Below are positions 19,131-30,643 of a stretch of 64,000 nt of DNA, piece after piece. Each line of letters begins with the position of its first letter. Position 1 is the stretch's first letter. Source of the stretch: Planctomycetota bacterium. Its GTDB lineage: Bacteria > Planctomycetota > UBA1135 > UBA2386. The position numbers and the translations under genes are program-made. The stretch covers positions 1,216,001 through 1,280,000 of the forward strand of contig OZ245006.1 of NCBI GenBank assembly GCA_965223545.1. The letters are read 5' to 3'. Below the pieces are notes generated by a model that saw only the letters and a list, made by a program, of their open reading frames with translations, did not search any database and was not told where the DNA came from.

Positions 19131-21014
19131 ATGGCAATCGCCAGACGCGCGTACGGCACACGAGAGGCGCGACAGTTTCTCGCGGGCCCGCCTGGCGCAC
19201 GGTGGTTGGCGACCGCGCTCCCGTTCGTCATCCTCGCCGCAGCGCTACACGGACAGCCAACGAGCCCGAACGTCGTGGTCGTCGTCGCCGACGACTGGTC
19301 GTGGCCACATGCGTCTGCGTTTGGCGACCCGGTAGTGCGTACACCGGCCGTCGATGCGCTCATCGCAGCCGGAGTCCTGTTCCGCCGCGCGTTCGCGCCG
19401 TCCCCCTCATGCACGCCGGCGCGCGGAGCGCTGCTCGCCGGGCAGGAGATCTGGCGTCTGGGCGAGGGCGCCAACCTCTGGAGCACGCTCGACGCGTCGA
19501 TTCCGGTATATCCAGACCTGCTCGAGAGTGCCGGCTATCACGTCGGCTTCGAGGGCAAGGGCTGGGGTCCGGGAGACGACACTGCTGGCGGCCGCACTCG
19601 CAACCCCGCCGGAACATGCTACGCCGACTTCGACGCGTTCCTCGCGGCGCGGCCCGAGGGCGCCCCGTTTTGCTATTGGTCCGGTCCAGAAGAACCGCAC
19701 CGTCCGTACGCGCCGGGGTCGGGGATCGCCGCCGGTCTGGACCCTGCTGCTGTGCGCGTGCCCGGCTTCCTTCCCGACACCCCGGCGGTGCGCTCCGACC
19801 TGCTCGACTACTACGCCGCTGTCGAGCGCTTCGACCGCGGCGTCGGGTGGCTGCTGGCACGTCTCAACGCCACCGGCGAACGGGATGACACCCTTCTCGT
19901 CGTGACGAGTGACAACGGGATGCCGTTCCCGCGGGCAAAGGCCAATCTCTACGACGCGGGCACGCGAGTGCCGCTGATCATCCAGTGGCCCGACGCGTTC
20001 CAGGGGAACCGCGTGATCGACGACTTCGTCACCCTCACTGACATCGCGCCCACGCTGTTGGCCGCCGCGGGGCAAGCGCTGCACCCCGAGATGACCGGCC
20101 GCAGCCTCCTGCCTGCACTGCGCTCCGGTCGGTCGGGGCAAGTGCAAGCCGGTTGGGACCACGTCGCACTCGGCCGGGAGCGGCACAACCCGAGCCGGCA
20201 CTGCGAGCAAGTGGGCTATCCGATGCGCGCGGTGCGCGAGGCCGGCTTCCTCTACGTCGAGAACCTCGCTCCGCAGCGCCCCCCCGCCGGCGTCGACCTG
20301 GCTCTGTGGAGCACGGTGCGGCGCCCCTTCCCGGATGTGGACCACGGGCCCACTAAACGGCTGATGATGCGGCCGGGCGCATGGCCGCTGCAGTTTGCGC
20401 TCGCATTCGAGCGCCGGCCCCCCGTCGAGCTCTACGACCTGAGAACCGATCCCGAACAACTGGTCAACGTCGCCGCCGACCCGCGTTTCGCGGCGGATCG
20501 AGACCGGCTCGCCAGCCAGCTGGCGCGCCATCGCGCCGGCACCGGCGATCCGCGCCGCCGCGGCCGCCCAGCGGCGTTCGACGGCTACCCTTACCGGCAC
20601 CCCGCGTTTTCGCCGCCGACGCTGACGGCATCACCGCTGCATCTGTCGGTGTCGGCCGGCGGAGAGCAGGTCTGGTCGCTCCGCACCGGCACCGCGCACG
20701 CGGGGCGGACGTACATCGTGCTCGGGTCGCTCACCGGCACCGCGCCCGGCATCGTCCTCGGCCGCGTGACGATCCCCTTGGTTGCAGATGCCTACACGGC
20801 CTGGACGGCACAGCCAACCATCCCCCTGCTCTTCCAGCACATCGGCCGCCTCGATGGCAACGGCAACGCCGACGCGGCATTCATCGCCGAGACCGGCGCC
20901 CTGGCACCGGCCATGGCGGGCATGACCCTGTTCCACGCCTTCGCCGTCATCGAGCCGTACCTCGGCCTGCCGGCGATGGCGAGCAACCCGTGCCGGCTGA
21001 TGCTTCGTCGTTGA
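19131..21014 (+). CDS. Sulfatase (Cys-type, formylglycine-dependent) with an added C-terminal domain
   Basis: PNVVVVVADD, SCTPARGALLAG (CxPxR), GKGWGPG, SDNGMPFPRAKANLYDAG, ELYDLRTDP. Start uncertain. Confidence 0.93.
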   Translation: MAIARRAYGTREARQFLAGPPGARWLATALPFVILAAALHGQPTSPNVVVVVADDWSWPHASAFGDPVVRTPAVDALIAAGVLFRRAFAPSPSCTPARGALLAGQEIWRLGEGANLWSTLDASIPVYPDLLESAGYHVGFEGKGWGPGDDTAGGRTRNPAGTCYADFDAFLAARPEGAPFCYWSGPEEPHRPYAPGSGIAAGLDPAAVRVPGFLPDTPAVRSDLLDYYAAVERFDRGVGWLLARLNATGERDDTLLVVTSDNGMPFPRAKANLYDAGTRVPLIIQWPDAFQGNRVIDDFVTLTDIAPTLLAAAGQALHPEMTGRSLLPALRSGRSGQVQAGWDHVALGRERHNPSRHCEQVGYPMRAVREAGFLYVENLAPQRPPAGVDLALWSTVRRPFPDVDHGPTKRLMMRPGAWPLQFALAFERRPPVELYDLRTDPEQLVNVAADPRFAADRDRLASQLARHRAGTGDPRRRGRPAAFDGYPYRHPAFSPPTLTASPLHLSVSAGGEQVWSLRTGTAHAGRTYIVLGSLTGTAPGIVLGRVTIPLVADAYTAWTAQPTIPLLFQHIGRLDGNGNADAAFIAETGALAPAMAGMTLFHAFAVIEPYLGLPAMASNPCRLMLRR

Positions 21015-22218
21015 AGCGACGCCGCCAAATCCAGAGCGCGGCGCACGCGACGGCACCGAGGTGTACGCCGGCGACGGCGAACACTCCGCGCAGCCCGACG
21101 ACCGGAATCAGGGCGTGGCCGACAACCGGACCGCTGGCGATGCCGAGCTGCATGCAACTCTGCACCAGACCGAACGCCAGGGACCGGTGCTCGGTCGAGA
21201 CCCGCCGCGCGACCGCGGCGTACGCCAGCGTCATGATGCCGGCCATCAGCAACGCACCGACACAGCGCAGTGCCAGGTAGCTGCCGGTGGCGCGCACGGT
21301 GCTGGTCGCGATGAGCACGACTGCCAGGCCCGAGGCGACCACCGCCAGACACCGCATCGGCCCGTAGCGATCCGCCCAGCGCCCCCACCGCGTGGTGATC
21401 GCGATCTGCGCCACGGCGAGCACGGTGAAGGCCAGCGCCGCGGTGCGATCCAACGCCAGTGTCGGATCGTCCGGCGCGAGTACCGCGAGGGGGCCGAGCT
21501 GGCGCACCCACAACGCCGTGAAGGGCTCGACCATCTGCAATCCCAAGCGCATGCCGAACGCGACCGCCAGGACCGCGAGCAACTGCGGATTGCGCAGCGC
21601 CAGGCCGACGCCGGAACCGCCTTCGTGCCGGCGGGGCCGCAGCGCGCGCCGGTCCTCGACCGCGAACACGAGTACACACAGAAAGCCGATGCCGGCCGCG
21701 ATGCTGCCGGTGTGAAACACGGCGGCGCGCCCCCAGGCGGCCGCGACCTCGGCGGCGGCCGCCGGCCCGATGGCGAGGCCCAGCGCGAGCGCCAGCTGTA
21801 GCCGTGCGATCACCCGGCCACTGTGCTCGGGCGGCGCCGACGCCGTGACCAGCGCCATGGCCGGGGCGATGAAGCCCGCGAACACACCCTGCAGAACGCG
21901 GAGTGCCACGAGCTGCTCGGGCTGCTCGGCAAATGGCATCAGGCCCAGCGCCACGGCGATCCCGAGCTGCGCCCGCAACAGCATCATCTTGCGGCCGACG
22001 CGATCGCCCAAGACACCCCAGAACGGGCCACACACCGCCGCGCTCAAGGGTGCAGCACCGAACGTCCACGCGGTCCAGAATTCGACGTCGCGGACATCGG
22101 TCAGGCCGAAGCGCTGCTCGATGTAGAACGGCAGCGTCGGCAGCATGCCCATCAAGCCGACGGTCACCGCCAACATCGACGGCCAGACGGCGAGAAAGTT
22201 GCGTTGCCAGAGCTGCAC
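20947..22218 (-). CDS. MFS transporter (DHA1/MdtG-like)
   Basis: WQRNFLAVW, WGVLGDRVGRKMMLLRA (motif A), LRVLQGVFAGF, WGRWADRYG, about 12 hydrophobic segments. GTG start at 22218 is inferred. Confidence 0.9.
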   Translation of the reverse strand: MQLWQRNFLAVWPSMLAVTVGLMGMLPTLPFYIEQRFGLTDVRDVEFWTAWTFGAAPLSAAVCGPFWGVLGDRVGRKMMLLRAQLGIAVALGLMPFAEQPEQLVALRVLQGVFAGFIAPAMALVTASAPPEHSGRVIARLQLALALGLAIGPAAAAEVAAAWGRAAVFHTGSIAAGIGFLCVLVFAVEDRRALRPRRHEGGSGVGLALRNPQLLAVLAVAFGMRLGLQMVEPFTALWVRQLGPLAVLAPDDPTLALDRTAALAFTVLAVAQIAITTRWGRWADRYGPMRCLAVVASGLAVVLIATSTVRATGSYLALRCVGALLMAGIMTLAYAAVARRVSTEHRSLAFGLVQSCMQLGIASGPVVGHALIPVVGLRGVFAVAGVHLGAVACAALWIWRRRFNDEASAGTGCSPSPAGRGTAR

Positions 22219-22434
22219 GCGGGCGGGGGTCGGCGGCGACGGCGGGCTCGGCCCCGTGCCGTGGAGAGAAGACCGCGCACTGTCGCCGCCCGCCCGCGGC
22301 ACCGCAAGCGCCACGCGGCCGCACGGCCGGCCGCGCGACGAGGAAATCGTGGGTACATTTTTGCGCACGGACGATCCATTGGAAGATGGCGGGTGCCGGA
22401 CACCGACTCCCGCGCGACCACCCGCTCCGACCGC

Positions 22435-25400
22435 ATGCACTGCAATCACCGCCGCCGTACCATCCCGCTGCTGGTCCTCGCCGCCGGCGCGCACCTCGCG
22501 GCCCAGTCACCGGCGCCGATCGAGGCGCCGCTCGCCGACCGCCTGCCGGCGCTCGCCGAGCAATCGAGCTGGGCCCAGGACACCCGCTACGAGGGGGAGC
22601 AGCCGGACAAACGCCAGCGCGGCACCTACCCGATCGGCAACGGCTACGTCTTCGCCTACCAAGGGCTCGGCGCCCGGGCCAACACGCTGCAGGCGATCAC
22701 CGGTCCCCGCTACCAGACCGACGCGGTGTTCGAGCCACGCGGCCACTTCGGGGCGTGCAGCCTGGAGCTGTCGCGCGACGGCGCGCCGCTGGCGCTGCCG
22801 CAGCAGCGCGTGCGCCGCGTGCTCGGCGCCGCTGCGGTGGTCAGTGAGGATCGCGGCGACGACGTGGCGCTGCGGGTCCTGACCTTCGCCGCCCCCGAGC
22901 GTCGCCATCTGGTGCGGGTCATCGACGTCGTCAACACCGGCCCGGACGAGCTCGCGGGCCTGCGACTGCGTGTCGCGGTCGAGGGCACCGCGGCCGCGCT
23001 CGGCGAGGACGGCCTCGCGCTGGTCTACGCGTCGGAACGGCGGCCGGCGAGCGCGGTGCTGCGACTCGCAGGCGCGGCGTTTGCCGACGGCGGTCTGACG
23101 ACCGCGCTGCCCACCCTGGCAGCGGGGGAACGCTGGCGCGGCGTGCTCTCGATCCACACCCGGGCCGGCGCCACTCCCGACGCCGACAGCGCGCCCGTGC
23201 TCGACGTCGAAGCCGCCGCGCGCGAAGCCGAGGGCGTGCTCGCCTGGTGGCGCTTCAAGCTGAGGGACACCCTGCAAGTCGATACCGACCACCACAAGCT
23301 GCGCGATCTGGTCACCGACTGGAAGGTCTTGATGCTGACCCAACGCTGCGCCACGTCGGGCGCGGTGTCACCGATGATCAACTACCGCGGGGCGTGGGTG
23401 CGCGACAGCGTCGGCCCGATGCTGTGGTTCCTGCGCACCAATCTGTGGGCCGAGGCGCGCGGCATCCTGTCCTACCTCTACCGCGCCACGCGCCTGCACA
23501 ATCGGGTCCCCAACCACGTGCCGCTCGACCTGGACTTCGCCCCGCTCGCCGAGCGCGAGACCGATTGGACCACCGTCGCCGTGCCGGAGAGCGAGGTGCC
23601 GTCGTGGATCATCCTGATGCACTACTGGTACTGGCGCGCGACCCGCGACGCCGCGCTGATCCGCGACCACTGGTCGTTGCTCGAGGTGTGCCTCAAGCGG
23701 CAGCAGCGCGGCGAGGGCGGCGTGATGCCGTTCCACGGCGACGAGACCTACCTGCACGGGGCTCTCTACAGCCTGTACCCCGACCGGGTCGGCGCCGGCA
23801 GCGGCTTCATCGCGGAGGATCGCTGGCGCGGCCGCAAGACCCACTCGCTGGCGAGCGGGGTGCAGTTCCTGCTCGCGGTGCTGGCGATGGGCGAGCTGCG
23901 CGACGCGGTGGACGCCCTGCTGCGTCCCGACGCATGGGCCCGCGGCCGGCCCGACGACGCGCCGGGTCAGCCCTACCTGGAGCAGCGCGTCCCGGTGCAG
24001 CGCGCGCTCGAGGACGCGTTTTGGCTCGAGGAGGAGGGCTTCTTCGCGCCGGCCTTGTCGCCGGTCAACCGCGAGCCGCACCGGCTGCCGTTCGCCAACG
24101 TCAACTTGATGCCACTGTGGCTCGGCTGGACGTTTCCCAGCGGCGAACGCAGCCGCGACAACCTGCGCAACACGCTGGCCGGGTTGTGGCGGGACGGTGT
24201 TCGGATCGGCACCACGCCGACGGTCGGCTACGCCACCGGACACGCGCAGGGAATGCTGCTGGCGGGCCTCAGCGAGCGCGACGCGGCATCGCGCCTCGAC
24301 TGCCTGGACGCCTTGCTCGAGATGGCGGAGCCGGCGGGGGAATGGGGCGAGATCCACGACCCCGACGGCCGGCCGGTGGCCGCTTACCACGCCGAGTGGC
24401 CCAACCGCTGCCGGCCGTGGGAGGGTGGCATCAACATGGACGCGATCCTGTTCTCGCTCTGCGGTTCGCGCTACGCGTCACTGCCCAACTGGGACCTCGA
24501 CGACATCCGCCTCGAGCCACGGCTGCCGCACGGCGGGACGTTCGTCACCTTCAAGCACATGCGCAAGGACGCGCGCGACCTGCACTTGTTCGTCTACGAA
24601 CACACCGCGCCGCTCAGCGAGGAAGAACGCGCCGAGAACCTGCGGCTCCCCGCCGACCAGCGGCGCGACCCGCGCGCCGCGCACCGGCGGCTGGCGTTTC
24701 GCCTCGAACAGCTGTCGGCAGACCCGCCCGCGGGGTTCCGGCATCTGGCGGCCAACAGCGTCGGCACGCTGTTCACCGAGTTCGTCCGCCGCGGCGTGCC
24801 GATCGAGAAGAGCGAGTTCTGGGGTGCGGACCACCTGCAGTTCATGCCGGCGCCCGACACTCCGCCACGGCCGCCAAAGGTCGCGCCACCGTCGGTCGCC
24901 GCCGGCACCGAGCGCATCGTGCTCACCAGCCGGCAGCGCGGCGCCGACATCGGCGGCAAGGGAGCCGTGCCGATCGACACCGGGTTGCCCTGCGATCCGG
25001 GACAGATCGGGTCCGCGTTGTTGCGCGACGGCGCGCCGGCGGCGCGCGAGCTGCTCTTGGACTGGGGCTGGAACGACCCCGGGCGCACCACGTTCAAGCC
25101 GGAAGCGTTCTGGCAAGATCCCGCGTGGCTGCGGGCACTCGACGCCTTCCGCGCCGGCGGCGGAGTCGTGCACACCCCCGGCTTCGTCTCGAGCTACGTC
25201 GTCGAGGGGCAAAGCCCGACCGTCACCCCGGCGCCCGGTGGGCGGCTCGAGCTCGCCGCCGACGTTCCGCGCCCGGTGCGCGTGCGGGCGCGCTGGCACG
25301 CGGACCGCGCCGGCGAGGCGCTGCTCTGGATCGGATCGGGATGCGGCCTGCAAGCCCGCTTCAACGGCGACGCCCTCTACGAGCACAGCGGCGGCCGCCA

Positions 25401-25551
25401 CCCGCTGCCCGACCTGGATCGGGTCCTGGTCCAGCTCCGCGAGGGCGACAACGAGCTCGAGATCACGCTGCGCGAGGGCGGCAACGCGGTGCTCTACGCG
25501 CGCTGTACGGACCTCGAGGGCCGGCCGCTCACCCCCACGGCCCAGCCCTGA
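22435..25551 (+). CDS. Large secreted protein with a probable six-hairpin (alpha/alpha)6 glycosidase-like core
   Basis: Signal peptide ending HLAA|Q; YPIGNG, YRGAWVRDS, EWGEIH...RPWEGG; C-terminal beta-sandwich LVQLREGDNELEITL. Confidence 0.65.
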   Translation: MHCNHRRRTIPLLVLAAGAHLAAQSPAPIEAPLADRLPALAEQSSWAQDTRYEGEQPDKRQRGTYPIGNGYVFAYQGLGARANTLQAITGPRYQTDAVFEPRGHFGACSLELSRDGAPLALPQQRVRRVLGAAAVVSEDRGDDVALRVLTFAAPERRHLVRVIDVVNTGPDELAGLRLRVAVEGTAAALGEDGLALVYASERRPASAVLRLAGAAFADGGLTTALPTLAAGERWRGVLSIHTRAGATPDADSAPVLDVEAAAREAEGVLAWWRFKLRDTLQVDTDHHKLRDLVTDWKVLMLTQRCATSGAVSPMINYRGAWVRDSVGPMLWFLRTNLWAEARGILSYLYRATRLHNRVPNHVPLDLDFAPLAERETDWTTVAVPESEVPSWIILMHYWYWRATRDAALIRDHWSLLEVCLKRQQRGEGGVMPFHGDETYLHGALYSLYPDRVGAGSGFIAEDRWRGRKTHSLASGVQFLLAVLAMGELRDAVDALLRPDAWARGRPDDAPGQPYLEQRVPVQRALEDAFWLEEEGFFAPALSPVNREPHRLPFANVNLMPLWLGWTFPSGERSRDNLRNTLAGLWRDGVRIGTTPTVGYATGHAQGMLLAGLSERDAASRLDCLDALLEMAEPAGEWGEIHDPDGRPVAAYHAEWPNRCRPWEGGINMDAILFSLCGSRYASLPNWDLDDIRLEPRLPHGGTFVTFKHMRKDARDLHLFVYEHTAPLSEEERAENLRLPADQRRDPRAAHRRLAFRLEQLSADPPAGFRHLAANSVGTLFTEFVRRGVPIEKSEFWGADHLQFMPAPDTPPRPPKVAPPSVAAGTERIVLTSRQRGADIGGKGAVPIDTGLPCDPGQIGSALLRDGAPAARELLLDWGWNDPGRTTFKPEAFWQDPAWLRALDAFRAGGGVVHTPGFVSSYVVEGQSPTVTPAPGGRLELAADVPRPVRVRARWHADRAGEALLWIGSGCGLQARFNGDALYEHSGGRHPLPDLDRVLVQLREGDNELEITLREGGNAVLYARCTDLEGRPLTPTAQP

Positions 25552-25557
25552 AGCCGG

Positions 25558-27057
25558 TCACCGCTTTTCGCGCTGCCCGCCCTCGTCGGCGGGGGGCGCC
25601 TGCGTGGGCCGCAGGATCAGCCAGGCGCGGGACGGCGTCGACACGGGCGGCGCCGGCGCCGCCGCCGCCCCAGGCCGTGGCGTTTCGGACCGTGGCGTTT
25701 CGGGCGGTGGCGTTTCGGGCGGTGGCGTCTTCGGCGGGGACGGCGCCGGGGCGGCGCGGGCATCGGCATCGTCGAACGCCCGCTGCTGCGCGCTGAAACT
25801 CAGCAGCTCCGCGTGCCCGAGTTGGCGGCGCACCGCGGTGAGATAGTTCTGCAGCGCATCGCGGCTGCCGGACACCTCGAAGGCCCAATCGCCAGGGCGC
25901 ACCGTGCTCCGCCACCGTTCGACGAAGGCACGCTCGACATCGAGGCCTACCGTCGCCGGTGGCGCCGGGAGCTGCGCATCGAGTTCGTTGTCGAAGCGCA
26001 GCACGCGCAACGCGTCGCGACCCGCGGGCACTTGCAGCGGGGACACCGAGACCCCCGCTCCGGCCAGCTGCTGCAGGCGAGGCAACCACCCGCCACCGCC
26101 ACCGACGCCGACGGTCTCGCCGAGCTTCAGCTTGAGTCCGATGCCTTGCTGTTCGTCTTGCGGTTCGCTCTGTTCCGATGGAGCCCTCAGAAACGCGCCC
26201 AAGACGTCGACGACGACGATCTCCGGCGCCTCGGGGACCGGGGGCGTTCCCGCTGGGCGCAGGTCCTTGCCCTGTTCGCCGGCATCACCGACGGGGGCGA
26301 CCCGCGCGCGGCGCCTCGCACCTCCCACGAAGAACTCGTCGCTGCTGGGTGCGGCGCCCTCCGGCTCGGACTCGGCCGCCGTCACGCCGACCGGCTGCGG
26401 CTCCTCCATCTCGGCCGGAACGGCCGGGGCCTCGGGCGCCGCGGGGCTCTCCAGTCGCAACTGGCGCTGCGCCAGCGTCTGCGTCTGCGCGCGCCCGCCC
26501 TCGGCCTGCTTGCGCTCCGCCTGCTCGCGAAAGCGCGCGACGCGTTCCTCGGCAGCCGCCAGCTCTTCGCGGACGGAGGCCCCGGCCGTCGGGCTCTCGC
26601 CGGCGCGCCCGAGCGACCTGGCCAGGTCCTCGCTCCGGTCGGCCAGCTCGCCGAAGCCGCGCTCGGCCTTGTCGAGATTCGCCACCCCCGCCTCGGGCGC
26701 GCGCGCCGTCTCGCGCGAGTCCGCCGGGACGAGCGGATCACGCCACACCCCCCAGAGCGCGATGGCCAGCAGCCCCGTCGCGGCCACCGCCCCCCACCCG
26801 GTCCATCGCGACCAGGCGTGCACGGTGCCGCCGGAACCGGTCCCGGCGTTTGCCATCACCACGTCGGCGAGATCGAGCGGGGCCCGCGCCGCCAGGCTCG
26901 GACGGATGAGGGCCACCGTGCGCCGGTAGTCTGCGAAGCGCTGCGCCAACTCCGGGTCCGCGGCCAGCGTCGCCTCCAACTCCGCACGCTCCTCGTCCGT
27001 CAAGCGGTCATCGAGGTAGTCGGCAAAGCGCTCGTCGAGCTGTTCTGGCGGCGGCAT
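25558..27057 (-). CDS. Anti-sigma-factor-like membrane protein with a low-complexity C-terminus
   Basis: FADYLDDRLTDEERAELEATLAADPELAQRFADYRRT (anti-sigma domain-like) and TM WGAVAATGLLAIALWGVW. Confidence 0.72.
   Translation of the reverse strand: MPPPEQLDERFADYLDDRLTDEERAELEATLAADPELAQRFADYRRTVALIRPSLAARAPLDLADVVMANAGTGSGGTVHAWSRWTGWGAVAATGLLAIALWGVWRDPLVPADSRETARAPEAGVANLDKAERGFGELADRSEDLARSLGRAGESPTAGASVREELAAAEERVARFREQAERKQAEGGRAQTQTLAQRQLRLESPAAPEAPAVPAEMEEPQPVGVTAAESEPEGAAPSSDEFFVGGARRRARVAPVGDAGEQGKDLRPAGTPPVPEAPEIVVVDVLGAFLRAPSEQSEPQDEQQGIGLKLKLGETVGVGGGGGWLPRLQQLAGAGVSVSPLQVPAGRDALRVLRFDNELDAQLPAPPATVGLDVERAFVERWRSTVRPGDWAFEVSGSRDALQNYLTAVRRQLGHAELLSFSAQQRAFDDADARAAPAPSPPKTPPPETPPPETPRSETPRPGAAAAPAPPVSTPSRAWLILRPTQAPPADEGGQREKR
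25677..25736. repeat. 15-nt tandem repeat, 4 copies, encoding PPKTP/PPETP/PPETP/RSETP
   Basis: gtggcgtttcggacc gtggcgtttcgggcg gtggcgtttcgggcg gtggcgtcttcggcg. Confidence 0.85.
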
Positions 27058-27241
27058 GGTCGAATCGAGTCAGTCGACGCGTTCAAAGGGTGGCGCCTGC
27101 GCGCCGCCGGGACAACGGCGCGCCGGCGTTCCCCCCACAAAACCCGCAATTCCGGGGCGGGGTTCCCACCAACAGCCATTTCGGCCGCGGCCGGGGCCGA
27201 CAAAAGGCTCTGTCTCTCCGAGCCTCCGGCCCGCAGGCCGA

Positions 27242-28077
27242 TCAGGGGAGCACCTCGTTGAGGGCCCCGCTGCGGTAACCCCGCAGATCGAGGGCGGCGT
27301 GGACGTAGCCGACCTCGCGCAGGGCCTCGCAGATCGCCAATCGCTCCCGCAGCGCCGTCTCCAGCTCTTCCGGCAACAGCTCCACGCGCGCCACTTCGCC
27401 GTGGTGGCGCACGCGGCACTGGGAGAAGCCCATCGCCCGCAAGGCCGACTCGGCGGCCTCGATCTTGGCCAGCATCGCGGCGTCGATGGAGGTGCCGTAC
27501 GGAACCCGCGACGCCAGGCACGCCATCGCCGGCTTGGACGCGGTCGGCAACCCGTGCGCGCGGCTGTAGCGCCGCACCTCTTCCTTGCCGATTCCGGCAG
27601 CTGCCAGCGGCGCCAGCACGCCGCGCTCGGCGGCCGCGCGCGCCCCGGGCCGGTGGTCGCCCAGGTCATCGGCGATGGCGCCGAAGAGCACCGGCCACGC
27701 CGCCTCGACGCGCCCGCCGAGGTGGGCGGCAATCCGCTCGAACAGCTCGCTCTTGCAGTGGTAGCAGCGATCGGGCCCGTTGCGCACGTAGTCGGCAGAC
27801 GCCAGCTCGCCGGTGGCCAACACCACATGCCGGGCGCCGATGCCGACCGCCAACCGCTGCGCATCCGCCAGCTCGGCGCGGGGTAGCGACGGCGAATCGG
27901 CGGTCACTGCCAGCACATCGTCGCCGAGCACTCGAACGCACGCGTGCAACAGCGCCGTCGAATCGACCCCGCCGGAGAAGGCGACCACCGCTCCCGGCAG
28001 CGCCGCCAGCTGCGCGTCGACCGGCGCCCAGGCCGCGCTGTGCGCCGCGCCAGAGGGCGCCGGATCTCCGCGCGCGA

Positions 28078-28081
<4 letters not shown>
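27242..28081 (-). CDS. larE: LarE-family ATP-dependent sulfur transferase (PP-loop)
   Basis: VVAFSGGVDS, NGPDRCYHCK, DDLGDHRPG, KPAMACLASRVPYG, CRVRHHG, GYRSGALN. ATGA overlap with the upstream dipeptidase. Confidence 0.9.
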
Positions 28082-29358
<1,277 letters not shown>

Positions 29359-29454
29359 GGCGTGTTCCAAGGAGCCTGTCGGTGGACGAAGCAGCGTAGG
29401 GGATCCGGGCCGGTGGAAAAGCTCCGGCCAGGTCCCGGTCACCGCCGCTCCGGC

Positions 29455-29976
29455 TCAGAGATACGACCGCGCCCGCTCGACGTAGTGCGCTGCCCGCCAG
29501 TGCATGGCCTCGACCTCGGCATCGGCAACCGGCCGCACCACTCGACCCGGCAGGCCCAAGACCACCGAGCGCGGCGGGATCACGGCGTTCTCCGGCACCA
29601 GCGCTTTGGCGCCGATGATGCAGTGATCGCCGATCCGAGCCCCACTGAGCACACACGCTCCCATTCCGATCAGGCAGTAATCACCGATCTCGATGCCGTG
29701 CAGGATGCAGGCATGGCCGACGGTGACGCCGCGACCGATGCGCAACGGCGCCTCCAGGTCGACGTGCACGACCGTGTTGTCTTGCACGTTGGTGGATTCG
29801 CCGATCTCGATCGCGGCGTCATCGGCGCGGACCGTGACGCCAAACCAGATGCTGCTGTCGCGACCGAGCCGGACGTCGCCGACGACCGTGGCGTTGTCGG
29901 CGATCATCGCTTCGCCGCGACGCCGCAACCGACCGGCCATGTCGGGAAACACCTTGAACTCGCGTTCGTCGCTCAT
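29455..29976 (-). CDS. Gamma carbonic anhydrase family (hexapeptide repeat) protein
   Basis: VVGDVRLG..SSIWFG..VRAD..IEIGESTNVQDNTVVH..VTVGHACILHG. Confidence 0.93.
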   Translation of the reverse strand: MSDEREFKVFPDMAGRLRRRGEAMIADNATVVGDVRLGRDSSIWFGVTVRADDAAIEIGESTNVQDNTVVHVDLEAPLRIGRGVTVGHACILHGIEIGDYCLIGMGACVLSGARIGDHCIIGAKALVPENAVIPPRSVVLGLPGRVVRPVADAEVEAMHWRAAHYVERARSYL

Positions 29977-30641
29977 CGATAGACCCAGTCGAGGGTGTGC
30001 GGATACCACGCGGTGACCGCCACCGTTGTGCTGTTGTGAATCGCGTGCGCCGCGACCGGCGCGGCCAGGCCGGCGGTGCGCTGGAACAACCAACCGAACC
30101 AGGCGCCGAGCAACGCCACGGGAAACGCGTAGTCGAGCCCATGGAACAGCCCGAAGACGACCGAGGCCACGCCGACCGCAGCCCACGGCTGCAACCAGCG
30201 CGCCAACCAACTCTGCAGGAAGCCGCGGAAGACGATCTCCTCGACCAAGGGAGCCAACAGACACACGGTCAACAGGACGACCAACGTCTGTGACAACCCC
30301 GGCGAGTCGGCGAAGAACTCCAACAGCGGCTGTGGCTCGAGCGAGCCGCCCAAGGCCCGCAAGGCCGCCGGATAGCCGATCAACGCGATCGGCACCCATC
30401 CGCAGAGAAACGCGAGGTAGCTGGCGAGCACAACCCTCAAGCGCAGAGCTCCCACGGTCGCCGGCGGAGGAAAGACCAAGAACGCAACCGCGGCGAACGC
30501 CAGCCCGACCGCCTGCGCGGCCCCGATCGCAGCGGGGCTCGGCTTCGCTCCCGGAGCAACGGTCGCGAGCCCGACCCCCGCCAGCATCGACGCCCCCAGG
30601 TAGATGCAGAACGCCGCGAGGACTCGGTGCCCGGTCGACAC
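29973..30641 (-). CDS. CPBP/CAAX (Abi) intramembrane protease
   Basis: APLVEEIVFRGFL, FGLFH and AAHAIHN; multiple TM segments; GTG start inferred. Confidence 0.88.
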   Translation of the reverse strand: MSTGHRVLAAFCIYLGASMLAGVGLATVAPGAKPSPAAIGAAQAVGLAFAAVAFLVFPPPATVGALRLRVVLASYLAFLCGWVPIALIGYPAALRALGGSLEPQPLLEFFADSPGLSQTLVVLLTVCLLAPLVEEIVFRGFLQSWLARWLQPWAAVGVASVVFGLFHGLDYAFPVALLGAWFGWLFQRTAGLAAPVAAHAIHNSTTVAVTAWYPHTLDWVYR

Positions 30642-30643
30642 GT

